NCBI GenBank assembly: GCA_964418945.1
Contig: CAYQNR010000006.1
Coordinates: forward strand, 985 to 64,984
Direction of reading: 5' to 3'
DNA: 64,000 nt
From: an uncultured Desulfobacteraceae bacterium
GTDB lineage: Bacteria > Desulfobacterota > DSM-4660 > Desulfatiglandales > HGW-15
Position 1 is the first letter of the stretch; the number at the start of each line of letters is the position of its first letter. The translations under genes and the position numbers were made by a program. Under the pieces are notes generated by a model that had not been told where the DNA came from, searched no databases, and saw nothing but the letters and a program-made list of their open reading frames with translations. Positions 9,714 to 19,829 of the stretch are shown in pieces.

Positions 9714-10847
9714 ATGAATAAGAGCAAACCAGTAGGCAATAATGCCGTTTATGGGGTCATGTCATGCATCCTGGTAATCTTAATGGCCTTTACAGTATGT
9801 TACGGGCTGGAACCCGGTCTTTCAGACCCGGACGCAGGATACGCCAAATGGGAGATAATAGGCAGGCTGGCGGCTGAAGAATCCCGGACTTTGATGAAAA
9901 AGGCAGGCGCATCGCCTGAACAGGGGGATATCATAGTACTGACAAATGCCGGTTATGCGGAGGTTAATGGGGGCTCCACCCAAGGGGCGCTGGATGGACT
10001 GGCAGGCATAACCGGGTCTTCCAGAGGCAGGCATACCCTGGTGGAGATTCATTCCGCTCCTTGGGAGAGACTCTGGTTCGCAATATATGATAAGGCGTCG
10101 GGCCTTTGCTCCTATCTGGAGGTTGATCCCTCGGTGACTGAATATTCTTCCGCAGAACTTTTTGATATCCGGGCACTGGAGAAGATCAGTTTTGAACATC
10201 TCCGCAACCACCCGGATAAGTACGCGGCCAAGTTCCAAGAAGAGATGTTCGGAGGAAATGAATTCCGGGTCATTTCCATTGCAAACGCCATCGCGGAGGG
10301 AGTGCCCCCTTATGCTGTCCGGGCATTCGAGTTCCATGACCATTTTTGCCCAGGGGTGACATCAGGCATTATCATGGCAGAGTACCTGAAAAGGCATTTT
10401 CCCTTTGGTCCTGAAGACGAGTACTTTGTGCAGGCGGTTGACCCCTGGTGCAAGGAAGACGCGTTGATGGTGCTTTTAAATGCAACACCGGGGAAAGGGA
10501 CGTATGCGGTGAATTATCCGTCGGATTCAGACCTGGAGAGGGTCCTTCCGGAGGCAAGAGATGCTTCAACCATCTTTTATATGAAGGCTAAGACGAGCGG
10601 GAGATGGAAGGGGGTTGTCCTCGCCTTTGAATGGGCCGATACAGGGTGCGCTGAGACCGGAAACGGACTGATCGATAAGATATGCGTCGACCTGTGGTAT
10701 GTAAAACAACTTGGTAATCCTGAGAGGTTTGTCAAGGTCATCAAGAGATTCGAACTTCCGGAAGGCGTGGAGCCGGAAGACTACGCGCGGCCGGGCATGG
10801 ACCCCATGGAAGAGCTCGGATTGACCCTCCCCCTGCATGGGGAATGA
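9714..10847 (+). CDS. FmdE-family protein with N-terminal membrane anchor/signal
   Basis: The hallmark FEFHDHFCPGVTSG (H-x-x-CPG) of the FmdE domain is present, with an N-terminal hydrophobic segment. It is the last gene of the ABC importer operon. Confidence 0.7.
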   Translation: MNKSKPVGNNAVYGVMSCILVILMAFTVCYGLEPGLSDPDAGYAKWEIIGRLAAEESRTLMKKAGASPEQGDIIVLTNAGYAEVNGGSTQGALDGLAGITGSSRGRHTLVEIHSAPWERLWFAIYDKASGLCSYLEVDPSVTEYSSAELFDIRALEKISFEHLRNHPDKYAAKFQEEMFGGNEFRVISIANAIAEGVPPYAVRAFEFHDHFCPGVTSGIIMAEYLKRHFPFGPEDEYFVQAVDPWCKEDALMVLLNATPGKGTYAVNYPSDSDLERVLPEARDASTIFYMKAKTSGRWKGVVLAFEWADTGCAETGNGLIDKICVDLWYVKQLGNPERFVKVIKRFELPEGVEPEDYARPGMDPMEELGLTLPLHGE

Positions 10848-11037
10848 AGTGATCTGAAATGATATTGTTTATGGATGAACCTGCCAGCGAGTTTAAAGAG
10901 GCATGAAGCTCGAAACAATTACGGACGTTGTTCGCTGACTGGTCCGGCGGAAGGAAGGGTGCCGGAGGCAGGGTTGTACAAAGATCGTAAAAAGGCGGCT
11001 CAATAAGAACATAACCTGGTTGAATTATTAATTGAAA

Positions 11038-11088
11038 GGCCACGAAGACCTTTCCCGGGTAATCCCCGCGGGTTTCGTGGCCTTTTTT
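11038..11088 (+). terminator. Intrinsic terminator, GGCCACGA-stem family (copy 3), inside the TBDR-2 leader
   Basis: A perfect 9-bp stem GGCCACGAA/TTCGTGGCC is followed by T6. It ends only 27 nt before the TBDR-2 start codon, so there is no room for a promoter in between. Confidence 0.7.
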
Positions 11089-11115
11089 AATAAAGAAGAA
11101 GGGAGGAATGAGAGG

Positions 11116-13200
11116 ATGAATTTAAGCAGGATAATTCTTGTAAATCTTTTGGTCACAATATTTATTATGGCCTCCGGTATTTCCTCGGCGTTGGAGAGCG
11201 GACCGGAAACCGAAGAAAATGCAAAGGTGGGAGAAGACAATGCCGTGGAACTGGAAGAGGTCGTGGTTACAGCCTCCAGGTATGAGAGAGCGATAGGAGA
11301 TATACCGGCCAGTGTAACCCTTATTACGAGAGAACAGATAGAGGGCTCCAGCGGCATGCAACTGGATGATATTCTGAGAAAACATGCTGGAATCGATATA
11401 ACCGCTTCATCTTTTCTGACTCATAGCGCTGATGTGGTGCTGCGGGGAATGGGAGACATGCCTGGCAGGACCCTCATACTCTACAATGGGGTCCCAATCA
11501 ACAAGGCTGATACAGGCTCGGCCAACTGGGACATTTTCCGACCGGGCGATGTGGAGAGGATCGAGATCGTGAGGGGCCCGGCTTCCGCTCTCTACGGCTC
11601 AAATGCCATGGGCGGGGTAATTAACATCATCTCGCGGAAGCCTGATTCCGCGAAACCAATTGCCTTTGAAGCAAGAGGGATGTATGGCTCCTTTAATACC
11701 TGGGACACTGGGGGCACCCTCAGCGGCCAATTGGATGGATTCGAATACCATATCTCCTTTGATCATCTTGACAGCGATGGGTACAATCCTGTTCCCGAAG
11801 AAGAGCGTACGGAATACGACATAGAGAGATATCTTCAGGAGGACCATCTTAAGACCAGATTTGCCTACGAACTGCCTAATGGGGCAAGTGTTAGCCTCGG
11901 CTATCTTTTTTTCGATGATAAGAGGGGAGAAGGGGAGAAGATTCGCCATGACGACGGGGTTTACAGAAAATGGAAGACCAACAGCCTGAACCTGGATTAT
12001 GACTGGAGGACAGGTGCCGCGGATTGGACACTGAAAATAGGTTACAACAAGGAGGACTATTTCTGGAACCGGGAACAGATGAAGAAAGGGCTTTATACGT
12101 TATACGAAGTTGATGTAGACAGGGTGGATAGCAGTGGGAGTGTACAGGCCACTTTCCCGGTCCGGGGCTCCCATCTACTGACCACGGGCATAGATTTCAG
12201 GTATGGCAGTGTTGACGGTAATGATATAGACATCATACGCAATGACAATCCCAGCGATACCGTGGTTCATAATGAGGGAAAACAGCTTTCCTATTCGTTC
12301 TTTCTCAATGACCAAATAAAGACAGAAGAAAGGATGGTAGTGGATGCGGGCGTCCGTTATGATTATGTCAAAGGTTATGACGGCAGATTCTCGGATTCCT
12401 CGGGATTCCTTAGCAATGAGATTCACCCGGACAAGAACTGGAGTCACTTGAGCCCAAAGGTTGCGGTACTCTACAGGATTACAGATAAAACCGTCCTGCG
12501 GGCCTCAATAGGAACTGCGTTCCGTGCTCCAATCCTTGATGATCTGTACAGGAGCGGCCTCCTCAGGGGAAAGGTATATGCTGCAAACCCTGACCTGGGG
12601 CCCGAGGAGCTGACTTCATATGAGGCCGGTATTAATCATACCTTGTCCGGGGAAGGCTCATTTGGTGTGTCCGGGTATTTCTCCCGGGGTAAAGACTTTT
12701 TTTATCCTGTTGAGGTCGGTATTGATCCTTACACGGGGCGGGACCTTTACATGCGGAAGAATATCGGGAAGGTGCATATATACGGTGCAGAGTTTGAGGC
12801 AGACTGGAAAATGAATGATATGTTCACGTTTTACGGCAACTATACATTTAATATCTCCAAGATCGAGGAATTCGGCGAGCGGCCCGAGCTGGAAGGCAAG
12901 TATTTGGAGGATTCCCCGCGCCACAAGGCAAACCTGGGACTGACTTTTAGTCATCCTGATATGTTTCGAGCCGACATTACCGGACGTTACGTGGGAGATA
13001 GATATGGAGACACGGAAAATACTACAGAAGGAGAGCTGGAGGATTACCTTGTTTTAGACCTGAAGATATTAAAGGAGCTTACCCAGTATTGTGAAGTGTA
13101 TGTGGATGTTATGAATCTGTTCGATAAGGAGATAATGTATTCCTCGGATTTTGAAGGCCCGGGAGTTGAGATCAGGGGAGGATTGACCCTGAGATTCTAA
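11116..13200 (+). CDS. TonB-dependent outer-membrane receptor 2
   Basis: I chose the start at the ATG preceded by GGGAGG/GAGAGG, giving the signal peptide MNLSRIILVNLLV... A TonB-box-like EEVVVTA and plug motifs are present (LRGMG, LYNGVPIN, GSNAMGGVINIISRKP). The C-terminus is ...LTLRF. Confidence 0.85.
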   Translation: MNLSRIILVNLLVTIFIMASGISSALESGPETEENAKVGEDNAVELEEVVVTASRYERAIGDIPASVTLITREQIEGSSGMQLDDILRKHAGIDITASSFLTHSADVVLRGMGDMPGRTLILYNGVPINKADTGSANWDIFRPGDVERIEIVRGPASALYGSNAMGGVINIISRKPDSAKPIAFEARGMYGSFNTWDTGGTLSGQLDGFEYHISFDHLDSDGYNPVPEEERTEYDIERYLQEDHLKTRFAYELPNGASVSLGYLFFDDKRGEGEKIRHDDGVYRKWKTNSLNLDYDWRTGAADWTLKIGYNKEDYFWNREQMKKGLYTLYEVDVDRVDSSGSVQATFPVRGSHLLTTGIDFRYGSVDGNDIDIIRNDNPSDTVVHNEGKQLSYSFFLNDQIKTEERMVVDAGVRYDYVKGYDGRFSDSSGFLSNEIHPDKNWSHLSPKVAVLYRITDKTVLRASIGTAFRAPILDDLYRSGLLRGKVYAANPDLGPEELTSYEAGINHTLSGEGSFGVSGYFSRGKDFFYPVEVGIDPYTGRDLYMRKNIGKVHIYGAEFEADWKMNDMFTFYGNYTFNISKIEEFGERPELEGKYLEDSPRHKANLGLTFSHPDMFRADITGRYVGDRYGDTENTTEGELEDYLVLDLKILKELTQYCEVYVDVMNLFDKEIMYSSDFEGPGVEIRGGLTLRF

Positions 13201-13222
13201 TAATTCGATGAAAGATCAAGAG

Positions 13223-13256
13223 GCATCCTCCCCGATGTAAATCAGGGGGAGGATGC
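13223..13256. terminator. Hairpin between convergent TBDR-2 and the OM barrel gene
   Basis: GCATCCTCCCC-loop-GGGGAGGATGC forms an 11-bp perfect stem. The flanking T/A tracts are weak. Confidence 0.45.
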
Positions 13257-13262
13257 TTCTAT

Positions 13263-14360
13263 CTAAAACATAAATCCTAACTCTATGGCCAGATTGATCC
13301 TATTATCCCTAGTGTTTCCCTGTTCATCTGCAAATGCCCCGTCAGCCTTGATATAGGCCGATTCCGCCCTGATATATGTGTTTTCATTAAAATGCCAGGT
13401 CGGGCTGACCGTTGCCGCGTATATGTGTTTTGCGTTCGGACTCTCGATATAAACCTGACTCTTTTCCTGGTTGATGTATTCAAGCCGCAGAGGGATCGAA
13501 AGTCTATCAAAGTTAGGGCAGATATAAACAGCGCCGCCGATAGACGACGTACTTCCATATAACCTCTTCATCCGGCTGTCCCAATGCCAGTAATCGATAT
13601 TCAAGGCAATATCCATATTCCGGATTGTACGCTCAATAATTGCTCCGGACAAATGTTTCTGCCCCTTGATATTATAATGATACAGGGTGAAGGCGTTGTC
13701 CAAAATCGAGCCGCTTAATCCGATTTCCCAGGCATAATCAGGGGAATTGTATTCCTCGTCATCAAGCCTCTCCTTGTAATACCCTCCCCACAAAGAAAGA
13801 CTGTTTGTTTCATAGGCCATCCTTGCTCCGTAGGCATTGTACGGCTGCTGGGAAGCGACCGCGCCCAGGATGACGTTTTTGTTGTTGAAGGTATATGTAT
13901 TCTCAAAACCGGCGTTTGGCTGGAGCAGGCCTAACTCCAGGCTTATGTCATGCACTGGTCTTAAGGTAAGGGACGCGTACTCTATCTTAAAATCAGTATT
14001 GTTTTCAGGTGTGCCCAGGATGGAAGGCGTAGAGGTCTCGCCAAATGCCCCGACAAATCCCACGGGAAGGTTCTCGTCTGACGATGAGATCTCCACCAGA
14101 AAGTTAGAGAGGAGAAATGCGTCGTCGGATGTATCTTTGCCGGGATTGGACACATAAAAATAGCCCGCGCTGATCCCTCCGGTGACCTCTATCCCTGTGA
14201 GTGTCGATTGAAGCGGCCCTTCTTTTGAATCCGTGTTCTGCTGTTTTACATCCATATTGTCACCCGTGGTAGGACCACCTGCCGAGGCGGATACGACGTC
14301 CACAACAATTACGTAAAAAAGGATAACAAACATAATCTTGATAATTTCTTTTTTCATCAT
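13263..14360 (-). CDS. Outer-membrane beta-barrel (porin-like) protein
   Basis: 365 aa with a signal peptide, an alternating amphipathic beta-strand pattern and many Y/G residues. The C-terminus is ...ELGFMF. Confidence 0.5.
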   Translation of the reverse strand: MMKKEIIKIMFVILFYVIVVDVVSASAGGPTTGDNMDVKQQNTDSKEGPLQSTLTGIEVTGGISAGYFYVSNPGKDTSDDAFLLSNFLVEISSSDENLPVGFVGAFGETSTPSILGTPENNTDFKIEYASLTLRPVHDISLELGLLQPNAGFENTYTFNNKNVILGAVASQQPYNAYGARMAYETNSLSLWGGYYKERLDDEEYNSPDYAWEIGLSGSILDNAFTLYHYNIKGQKHLSGAIIERTIRNMDIALNIDYWHWDSRMKRLYGSTSSIGGAVYICPNFDRLSIPLRLEYINQEKSQVYIESPNAKHIYAATVSPTWHFNENTYIRAESAYIKADGAFADEQGNTRDNRINLAIELGFMF

Positions 14361-14733
14361 AAAACTCCCATGTTAATGTTGGTTGCGCTTGAAAATAAAA
14401 AAAGCCATGAAATTTTTTTCCTTCGCTAAAAAAGAAAGCAGGGGCCAGCAGGGCATCCATCTTTGACCTGTCCCAGGCTGCTGAGCAGTATATGATATTG
14501 CATGTCTACCCGATGGGCAGGTCCTAGTGCTCCTCTCAATGATCTTTATCAAACTATCTCTATTCTCCTGCGCCAGAAGTTCGTCCTGGCTCATTTGCTA
14601 TTCACTCTGTCATTATTCAATGTTATTTGGAGTTCCTCTGTATTTCCTGTAGAATTGATGAATCATCTTTTTTAAGAAGAGACCCATTGGCTTAAAGCGT
14701 GTTGTTATTTTAGGTCAATTCTTGATACGAAAG

Positions 14734-16749
14734 TCATTTCAAGGCCATGAAAAGCGCCCCAATTTGATAAATCAGAACCGCAAGTCCCCATCCCAAGACA
14801 AGACTGTATCCGACCGCAAGACCTGTCCATTTCCAGTTTGTTTCTCGCTTTATCGTTGCAATCGCTGCAATGCAGGGGATGTAAACCAAGGCCATGACCA
14901 TAAAAGCGTAGGCAGAAAGTGCAGTGAACTGAGTTTGGATGACGCTGGTTAATCCTGCTTCCTGTACCCCGTATAGAGTCCCGAGAGTTCCCACGACGAC
15001 TTCCTTGGCTAGGACCCCGAAAAGCAGCGCCACCCCAGCCTGCCAAGACCCGAAGCCAGCCGGTTTCAGCAAAGGGGCAAAAAGTAAACCCAATTTGCCG
15101 ATTACGCTTTGCTCGGAAGCATACTCAGCACCGAGAGGAAGGGAGGCCAAGAACCAAATCAGCACCACCCCGAGAAAGATAATGGTCCCCGCCTTTCTCA
15201 AAAAGAGGCTACTTCTTTCCCACATGTGGATGAGAACCCCCTTGATTGTGGGGAGCCGATACGGGGGAAGTTCCATGATGAGTGGGGCGACCTCGCCCTT
15301 GAAAAAGACACCTTTGAATATCCTGGCGACAACTATAGCCAAAACAATCCCCATCAAATAAAGGGAAAAAATGACCAGTCCCTGATTTCGTGAGAAAAAG
15401 GCCCCGGCAAAGAGCACATAGATGGGAAGCCTTGCCGAGCAGGACATCAAAGGGTTTACCAGGATGGTGAGAATCCTGTCCTTTTCCGATTCGAGGGTTC
15501 TTGTTGCCATAATTCCGGGGATATTGCAGCCGAATCCCAGGAGCATTGGGATAAAGGATTTTCCGTGAAGTCCCAGAGCGTGCATAAACCTGTCCGTGAC
15601 AAAGGCGCCCCTCGCCATGTACCCTGAGGCTTCCAGGATGGCTATGGCTAAAAAAAGAAGCATGATATTGGGGAGAAAGACAAGCACGCTGCCGACACCT
15701 CCAATAATGCCATCAGATAGGAGAGAGGATAGCCATTGCGGGCCCTTCATGCCTGTTATTCCCGAAGAAACAGCTTCCCCGAACCAGACCATGAATGAAT
15801 CGATGCCATCGGCCAGCGGCGCGCCGAGGGTGAAAACGAGCTGGAAGACAAGCCACATCATCGCCAAGAAAATCGGGATACCTAAATACCGGTTGACTAA
15901 GATACGGTCTATCCGGTCGGAGATGTCCAGGCGATCCATGAGATCAAGTATTTTTCGTGTGGATTCCTTAACAAGCCCTGATAAAAAGGCATATCTTCTC
16001 TCCACAAGTGCAGTTTCCAAATCATAGTCCAAGTGCCGTTCGAGCTTTGCTTGGCTTTCAAGGATCACCGATTCTGCATTACTATCCTTCACCCTTTTCA
16101 GAATTTCGGCATCACCCTCGAGAAGCTTGATAGCCACCCAACGGGAAGGATAACCTGGGAGGGTGACTGCATTTTGCAAGGTTTCTATCTGATCTTCAAT
16201 GTCTTGGTCGTAATCAATCCTGAAGGAATCGGCTTTTTCAACTGATATCTCGATGATTGCCTGCTTCAGCAGCTCAATTCCCTCCCCTTTATGGGCAACA
16301 GTCTCTATAACAGGGACGCCTAACACTGCGGAGAGCTTTAATGTATCGATATCTACCCCTTTGCTTTTGACCATATCCATCATATTCAGATCCAGGATAA
16401 CATTTGATCCCAATTCGAGAAGCTGCGTGACGAGATAGAGGTTTCTTTCCAGGTTGGACGCATCGATAACCACCACCACCGCATTGGGCTTTTCCCTTAA
16501 CAGAAAATCCCGGGCTATCCTCTCATCTATGGAATAAGCTGTGAGGCTGTATATTCCTGGAAGATCAACCACGGTAATTTCATGGGTGTCATGGGTAAAC
16601 ATTCCCTCCTTCTTTTCAACAGTTACGCCGGGCCAGTTTCCCACATGTTGCCTTCCACCTGTCATACTATTAAAAACCGTGGTCTTGCCCGAATTTGGAT
16701 TCCCTGCTAGGGCTATCATCGTCTTTTTCATTTTCTTTTCAACGTTCAT
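14734..16749 (-). CDS. feoB: Ferrous iron transporter FeoB (intact)
   Basis: G-domain motifs are [13 protein letters not shown] and NMMD, followed by a polytopic membrane domain. I chose the start at the ATG preceded by GGAAAGG. The ORF is open up to 16812, so the start is uncertain. Confidence 0.9.
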   Translation of the reverse strand: MNVEKKMKKTMIALAGNPNSGKTTVFNSMTGGRQHVGNWPGVTVEKKEGMFTHDTHEITVVDLPGIYSLTAYSIDERIARDFLLREKPNAVVVVIDASNLERNLYLVTQLLELGSNVILDLNMMDMVKSKGVDIDTLKLSAVLGVPVIETVAHKGEGIELLKQAIIEISVEKADSFRIDYDQDIEDQIETLQNAVTLPGYPSRWVAIKLLEGDAEILKRVKDSNAESVILESQAKLERHLDYDLETALVERRYAFLSGLVKESTRKILDLMDRLDISDRIDRILVNRYLGIPIFLAMMWLVFQLVFTLGAPLADGIDSFMVWFGEAVSSGITGMKGPQWLSSLLSDGIIGGVGSVLVFLPNIMLLFLAIAILEASGYMARGAFVTDRFMHALGLHGKSFIPMLLGFGCNIPGIMATRTLESEKDRILTILVNPLMSCSARLPIYVLFAGAFFSRNQGLVIFSLYLMGIVLAIVVARIFKGVFFKGEVAPLIMELPPYRLPTIKGVLIHMWERSSLFLRKAGTIIFLGVVLIWFLASLPLGAEYASEQSVIGKLGLLFAPLLKPAGFGSWQAGVALLFGVLAKEVVVGTLGTLYGVQEAGLTSVIQTQFTALSAYAFMVMALVYIPCIAAIATIKRETNWKWTGLAVGYSLVLGWGLAVLIYQIGALFMALK

Positions 16750-16820
16750 TTCAGCCTTTCCTTTCATTAAGAGTTCTGGATAGCATGGTTTTGGACAAAG
16801 AAGCATTCCCAAAGCTCCGC

Positions 16821-17045
16821 TTAAGGAATAAGGGATACAAGAATCCTATTGGCCATTCCATACCCCAAGCCAAGCTTCACCCCTCCTCTGCTTACAATCA
16901 AGGGTCCAGGTCTGTTTGAGATCACCTCGATTTCAACCCCTGGGTAGAAGCCCATGTGGGTAAATTTTCCAATCAGGCCCCTTCCACCCCTAATCTCTGC
17001 TATTCTTACTCGTTGTCCAGGTCTAACCATGCTGAGTGGCATCAC
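16821..17045 (-). CDS. feoA: FeoA family protein
   Basis: 74 aa with an SH3-like FeoA pattern: [20 protein letters not shown]...[11 protein letters not shown]... Confidence 0.85.
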   Translation of the reverse strand: MMPLSMVRPGQRVRIAEIRGGRGLIGKFTHMGFYPGVEIEVISNRPGPLIVSRGGVKLGLGYGMANRILVSLIP

Positions 17046-17761
17046 TTATCTCCCACCTCTACTACAATGGCCTTAGCCTCTTCCCTGCGTAGGGAAAGAT
17101 GGTATCCTTTGACAAGGATATCCACCGGGTCGCCCAGAGGCGCGACCTTTTTGATATGGATTTCGACTCCGGGGATGATTCCCATATCAAGCAATTTCCT
17201 CTTTATGCCGGCCTCGGCAATTACCCGGGAGACTCTGCATTTTTCCCCAACTCTAAGCTCATTCAAGTGCTTCATCTGTTTCCCTCCCTTTAGAATACCT
17301 TCGGATTGTTCACAGTGTTCGGGTTTTTCCCCGTGCTTGACGAAATAGTGAAAACTCGACAGCCAAAGTGGTTCACCCTCGGGACAGGTCTCCACAAACT
17401 TTATGAACTGCAACATGCGACCCAACGTCTTTCTGTGGATATGATGCTCGATTTCACAAGCATCCTTGTCGGCTATCTTTGGGTCAACCCCAAGGATTCC
17501 GTGAAAAAATTTATACAGCGTTTTGTGCGTTTCATAAATCTCCTTTGCCATCAGGACACCCTTCTGGGTGAGTTCGATATACCCATATGGTTCCTGATGA
17601 ACCAGCTGATTTTCAGAGAGAACTTTTATGGCATTGGCCACCGAGGAGGTCCTAACGCTAAGATATTTCGCAATATCTTTCACCCGTGTAATCTTGTTTT
17701 CGAGGGCGATAATCCAGATGGCCTTCAGGTAATCTTCCATGCTTGACGTCAAGGTAGTCAT
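17042..17761 (-). CDS. DtxR/IdeR-family metal-dependent regulator with C-terminal FeoA/SH3 domain
   Basis: An N-terminal wHTH is present (MEDYLKAIW...VKDIAKYLSVRTSSVANAIKVL), then a dimerisation/metal domain and a C-terminal FeoA-like domain (LRVGEKCRVSRV...MGIIPGVEIHI). The stop overlaps the feoA start. Confidence 0.85.
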   Translation of the reverse strand: MTTLTSSMEDYLKAIWIIALENKITRVKDIAKYLSVRTSSVANAIKVLSENQLVHQEPYGYIELTQKGVLMAKEIYETHKTLYKFFHGILGVDPKIADKDACEIEHHIHRKTLGRMLQFIKFVETCPEGEPLWLSSFHYFVKHGEKPEHCEQSEGILKGGKQMKHLNELRVGEKCRVSRVIAEAGIKRKLLDMGIIPGVEIHIKKVAPLGDPVDILVKGYHLSLRREEAKAIVVEVGDK

Positions 17762-17777
17762 TTTAGATGTCCTAAAA
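17761..17777 (-). promoter_or_regulatory. Candidate DtxR-type operator (TTTTAGGACATCTAAAA)
   Basis: The inverted arms TTTTAG/CTAAAA lie immediately 5' of the regulator start codon. The half-site TTAGG matches the DtxR/IdeR box, and the word is related to the two boxes at 20612-20648. Confidence 0.5.
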
Positions 17778-17791
17778 GATAGATGAATCTA

Positions 17792-17820
17792 ACTTTAATA
17801 GAAACGTCTATATTTGTCAA
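17792..17820 (-). promoter_or_regulatory. Candidate sigma70 promoter of dtxR-feoA-feoB (TTGACA-N17-TAAAGT)
   Basis: Read on the minus strand. It lies exactly where homology of the truncated upstream feoB ends. Confidence 0.5.
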
Positions 17821-19173
17821 GAAAAAAATTTTATTTCCCCATGTGCCCCGGCTAGCCATGATTGCCGGAACAGAACAGCCGAAGCCTATAAGCATGGGGA
17901 TAAAACTCTTGCCGTGCAAACCTATCCTGTGCATCAATCGATCCATGATAAATGCCGCCCTTGCCATGTAGCCCGAATCCTCGAGTATGGCGATGGCCAG
18001 GAATAGCAGCAGGATGTTGGGCAGGAAAACGACCACGCCCCCTACGCCGCCTATTAAGCTGTCCACCAGAAGAGACTTCAGAATGCCTTCGACAGGCCAC
18101 CAGCCCTCGATTATGCCGCCCAGCCAGCCGAAGCCTCCTCTATCCATTCCATGGGTGGATTCCCCAGGGTGAAGGTCAACTGGAAGACCAGATACATCAG
18201 CCCCAGGAAGACCGGGATACCAAGAATCCGGTTGGTGAGCAGCGAGTCTATCCTGTCCGAGAGCGTATGCCGAAACTCTATAGTGGATCGTACCGACTCC
18301 TGGCAGGCGCCTGAGATAAACCCGTACCTCCTTTCGGCAATAGCAACCTCAGGGGATTTCCCTATTATTTGTTCAATACGCGAAACGCTTTTTTCGATCT
18401 GCTCGTCCAATTGGGGTGATACAACCTTTCCCCGCAACTCTCTGTCGTTTTCAAGGAGTTTCAGGGCTAGCCATCTCGAGTCATATTTACCGTTGAAGTA
18501 TCCCTTTGTTTCGGAAAGGGACTGTATTTTTGCGATCTCTCGCTCTATGTTGGCTCCGTAGTTCAACACCGGCGCCTCGCATTGGGGGCCTAGGATGCTT
18601 GCCCCGGAAGAAAGAGGACTGGCCGAAGACGTTTCCCTGTTGTCCGTGTACTTTGATACACCCTTTGTTGCAGTGGAAATGACAGCGTCAATCAGTTCCT
18701 TTATACCTGTACCCTTGTGCCCGACTGTCCGCACGATGGCGGTACCGAAGAACCCTGAGAGCTTATCAATATCAAACTCGTATCCCCGGGCCTTGGCCAT
18801 ATCGCTCATGTTGAAGGCCAGTACCAGGGGAACGCCGAGTTCCATGAACTGGACAGCCAGATACAGGTTTCTTTCAAGATTCGAGGTATCGATTATATCC
18901 ACAACCACATCCGGCTTTTCGTCTATTATAAAATTTCGGGCCACCAGTTCTTCGGCAGAGTAAGCAGAGAGACTGTATGTACCGGGAAGGTCGACAATCT
19001 GTAATTCAATATCGCCGTAATAGCGGAAGCCTTCCTTTCGCTCCACGGTCACGCCGGGATAATTTCCCACATGCTGGTGAGCCCCGGTTAATGCATTGAA
19101 AATGGTTGTTTTCCCTGAATTAGGATTGCCCGCAAGGGCGACTACTATCTTGATTTTCATGGTCTTTTCTTAT

Positions 19174-19508
19174 GGTTCATCCGGTTAATGAGTACGTAAA
19201 GTACTAATAGATAAAACCTATTAAATAGGTAATGAATTTTGGCCCATGGGGCTCTCTTTGTGACGGCGAACTTGTTTATGTGCTATGACATCGCACAAAG
19301 CAAGACGAGGCGGGCGGGCAACCTTTTCCATTCTTGGCCGGACTCAAGAAGCGTCTAAGGTCTCATAAGTAATCCGCCCGCCTGGATGGCACCTTTCGTA
19401 ATTATGGTGCTTCTATACATCTTCGCCGCTTAAAAGAGAGACCCATGGGTCAAAGATGGAAAAACAGTTGTATATAATTAAATATCGTACTCATTAACCG
19501 GATGAACC
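19174..19508 (+). mobile_element. MITE family B, copy 2 (335 bp, complete)
   Basis: It has perfect 23-bp TIRs (GGTTCATCCGGTTAATGAGTACG). It is flanked by the 8-bp direct repeat TTTCTTAT at 19166-19173 and 19509-19516. The interior is a long imperfect palindrome with no ORF. Confidence 0.9.
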
Positions 19509-19582
19509 TTTCTTATCCTCCTTTTCTGTTTTTGGGAAAACTTAATTATTTAGCCATGCCAAAATTTACTTTCAAAAAAAAT

Positions 19583-19793
19583 TATTCAACAATGATCTTC
19601 TGTGCCATACCGCGGCCCAGCATTATGCGGCTGCCTTTTAGCTCTACAAGAAAGGGTCCCTGCATGGAATTACTAAGTACCCGGATTTCCATGCCGGGGA
19701 CCCCATATTGGCCAACCTGCCCTGGAGCCCATGTCCGGCCTCTATGGCAACCACTCTCACCTGTCTACCTGATTGCACAATCGCTAAAGGCAT
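19583..19793 (-). pseudogene. feoA: feoA paralogue with a -1 frameshift in a homopolymer
   Basis: The N-terminal part MPLAIVQSGRQVRVVAIEAGHGLQGRLANMG is in one frame. The rest, VPGMEIRVLSNSMQGPFLVELKGSRIMLGRGMAQKIIVE, is in the adjacent frame. The switch is at the C4 run at 19701-19704. This could also be an assembly error. Confidence 0.6.
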
Positions 19794-19829
19794 TTCCAAC
19801 ACCTGTCTCCTTAGGACTTGACTAAGCAT

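Larger units (their letters stand above)
17758..19160 (-). pseudogene. feoB: feoB paralogue, frameshifted and 3'-truncated
   Basis: ORF 18111-19160 encodes the G-domain ([17 protein letters not shown]) and the helical domain. The reading continues in another frame in ORF 17758-18147 ([34 protein letters not shown]...GFGCSVPAIMASR). Homology to the intact FeoB then stops near 17855, so about 300 aa of the membrane domain are absent. Confidence 0.75.

Noticed and set aside
14373-14594. 73-aa ORF downstream of feoB as a possible FeoC
   Set aside because: It shows no winged-helix pattern and no FeoC Cys cluster. It overlaps the promoter region of the porin-like gene, and its composition looks non-coding.
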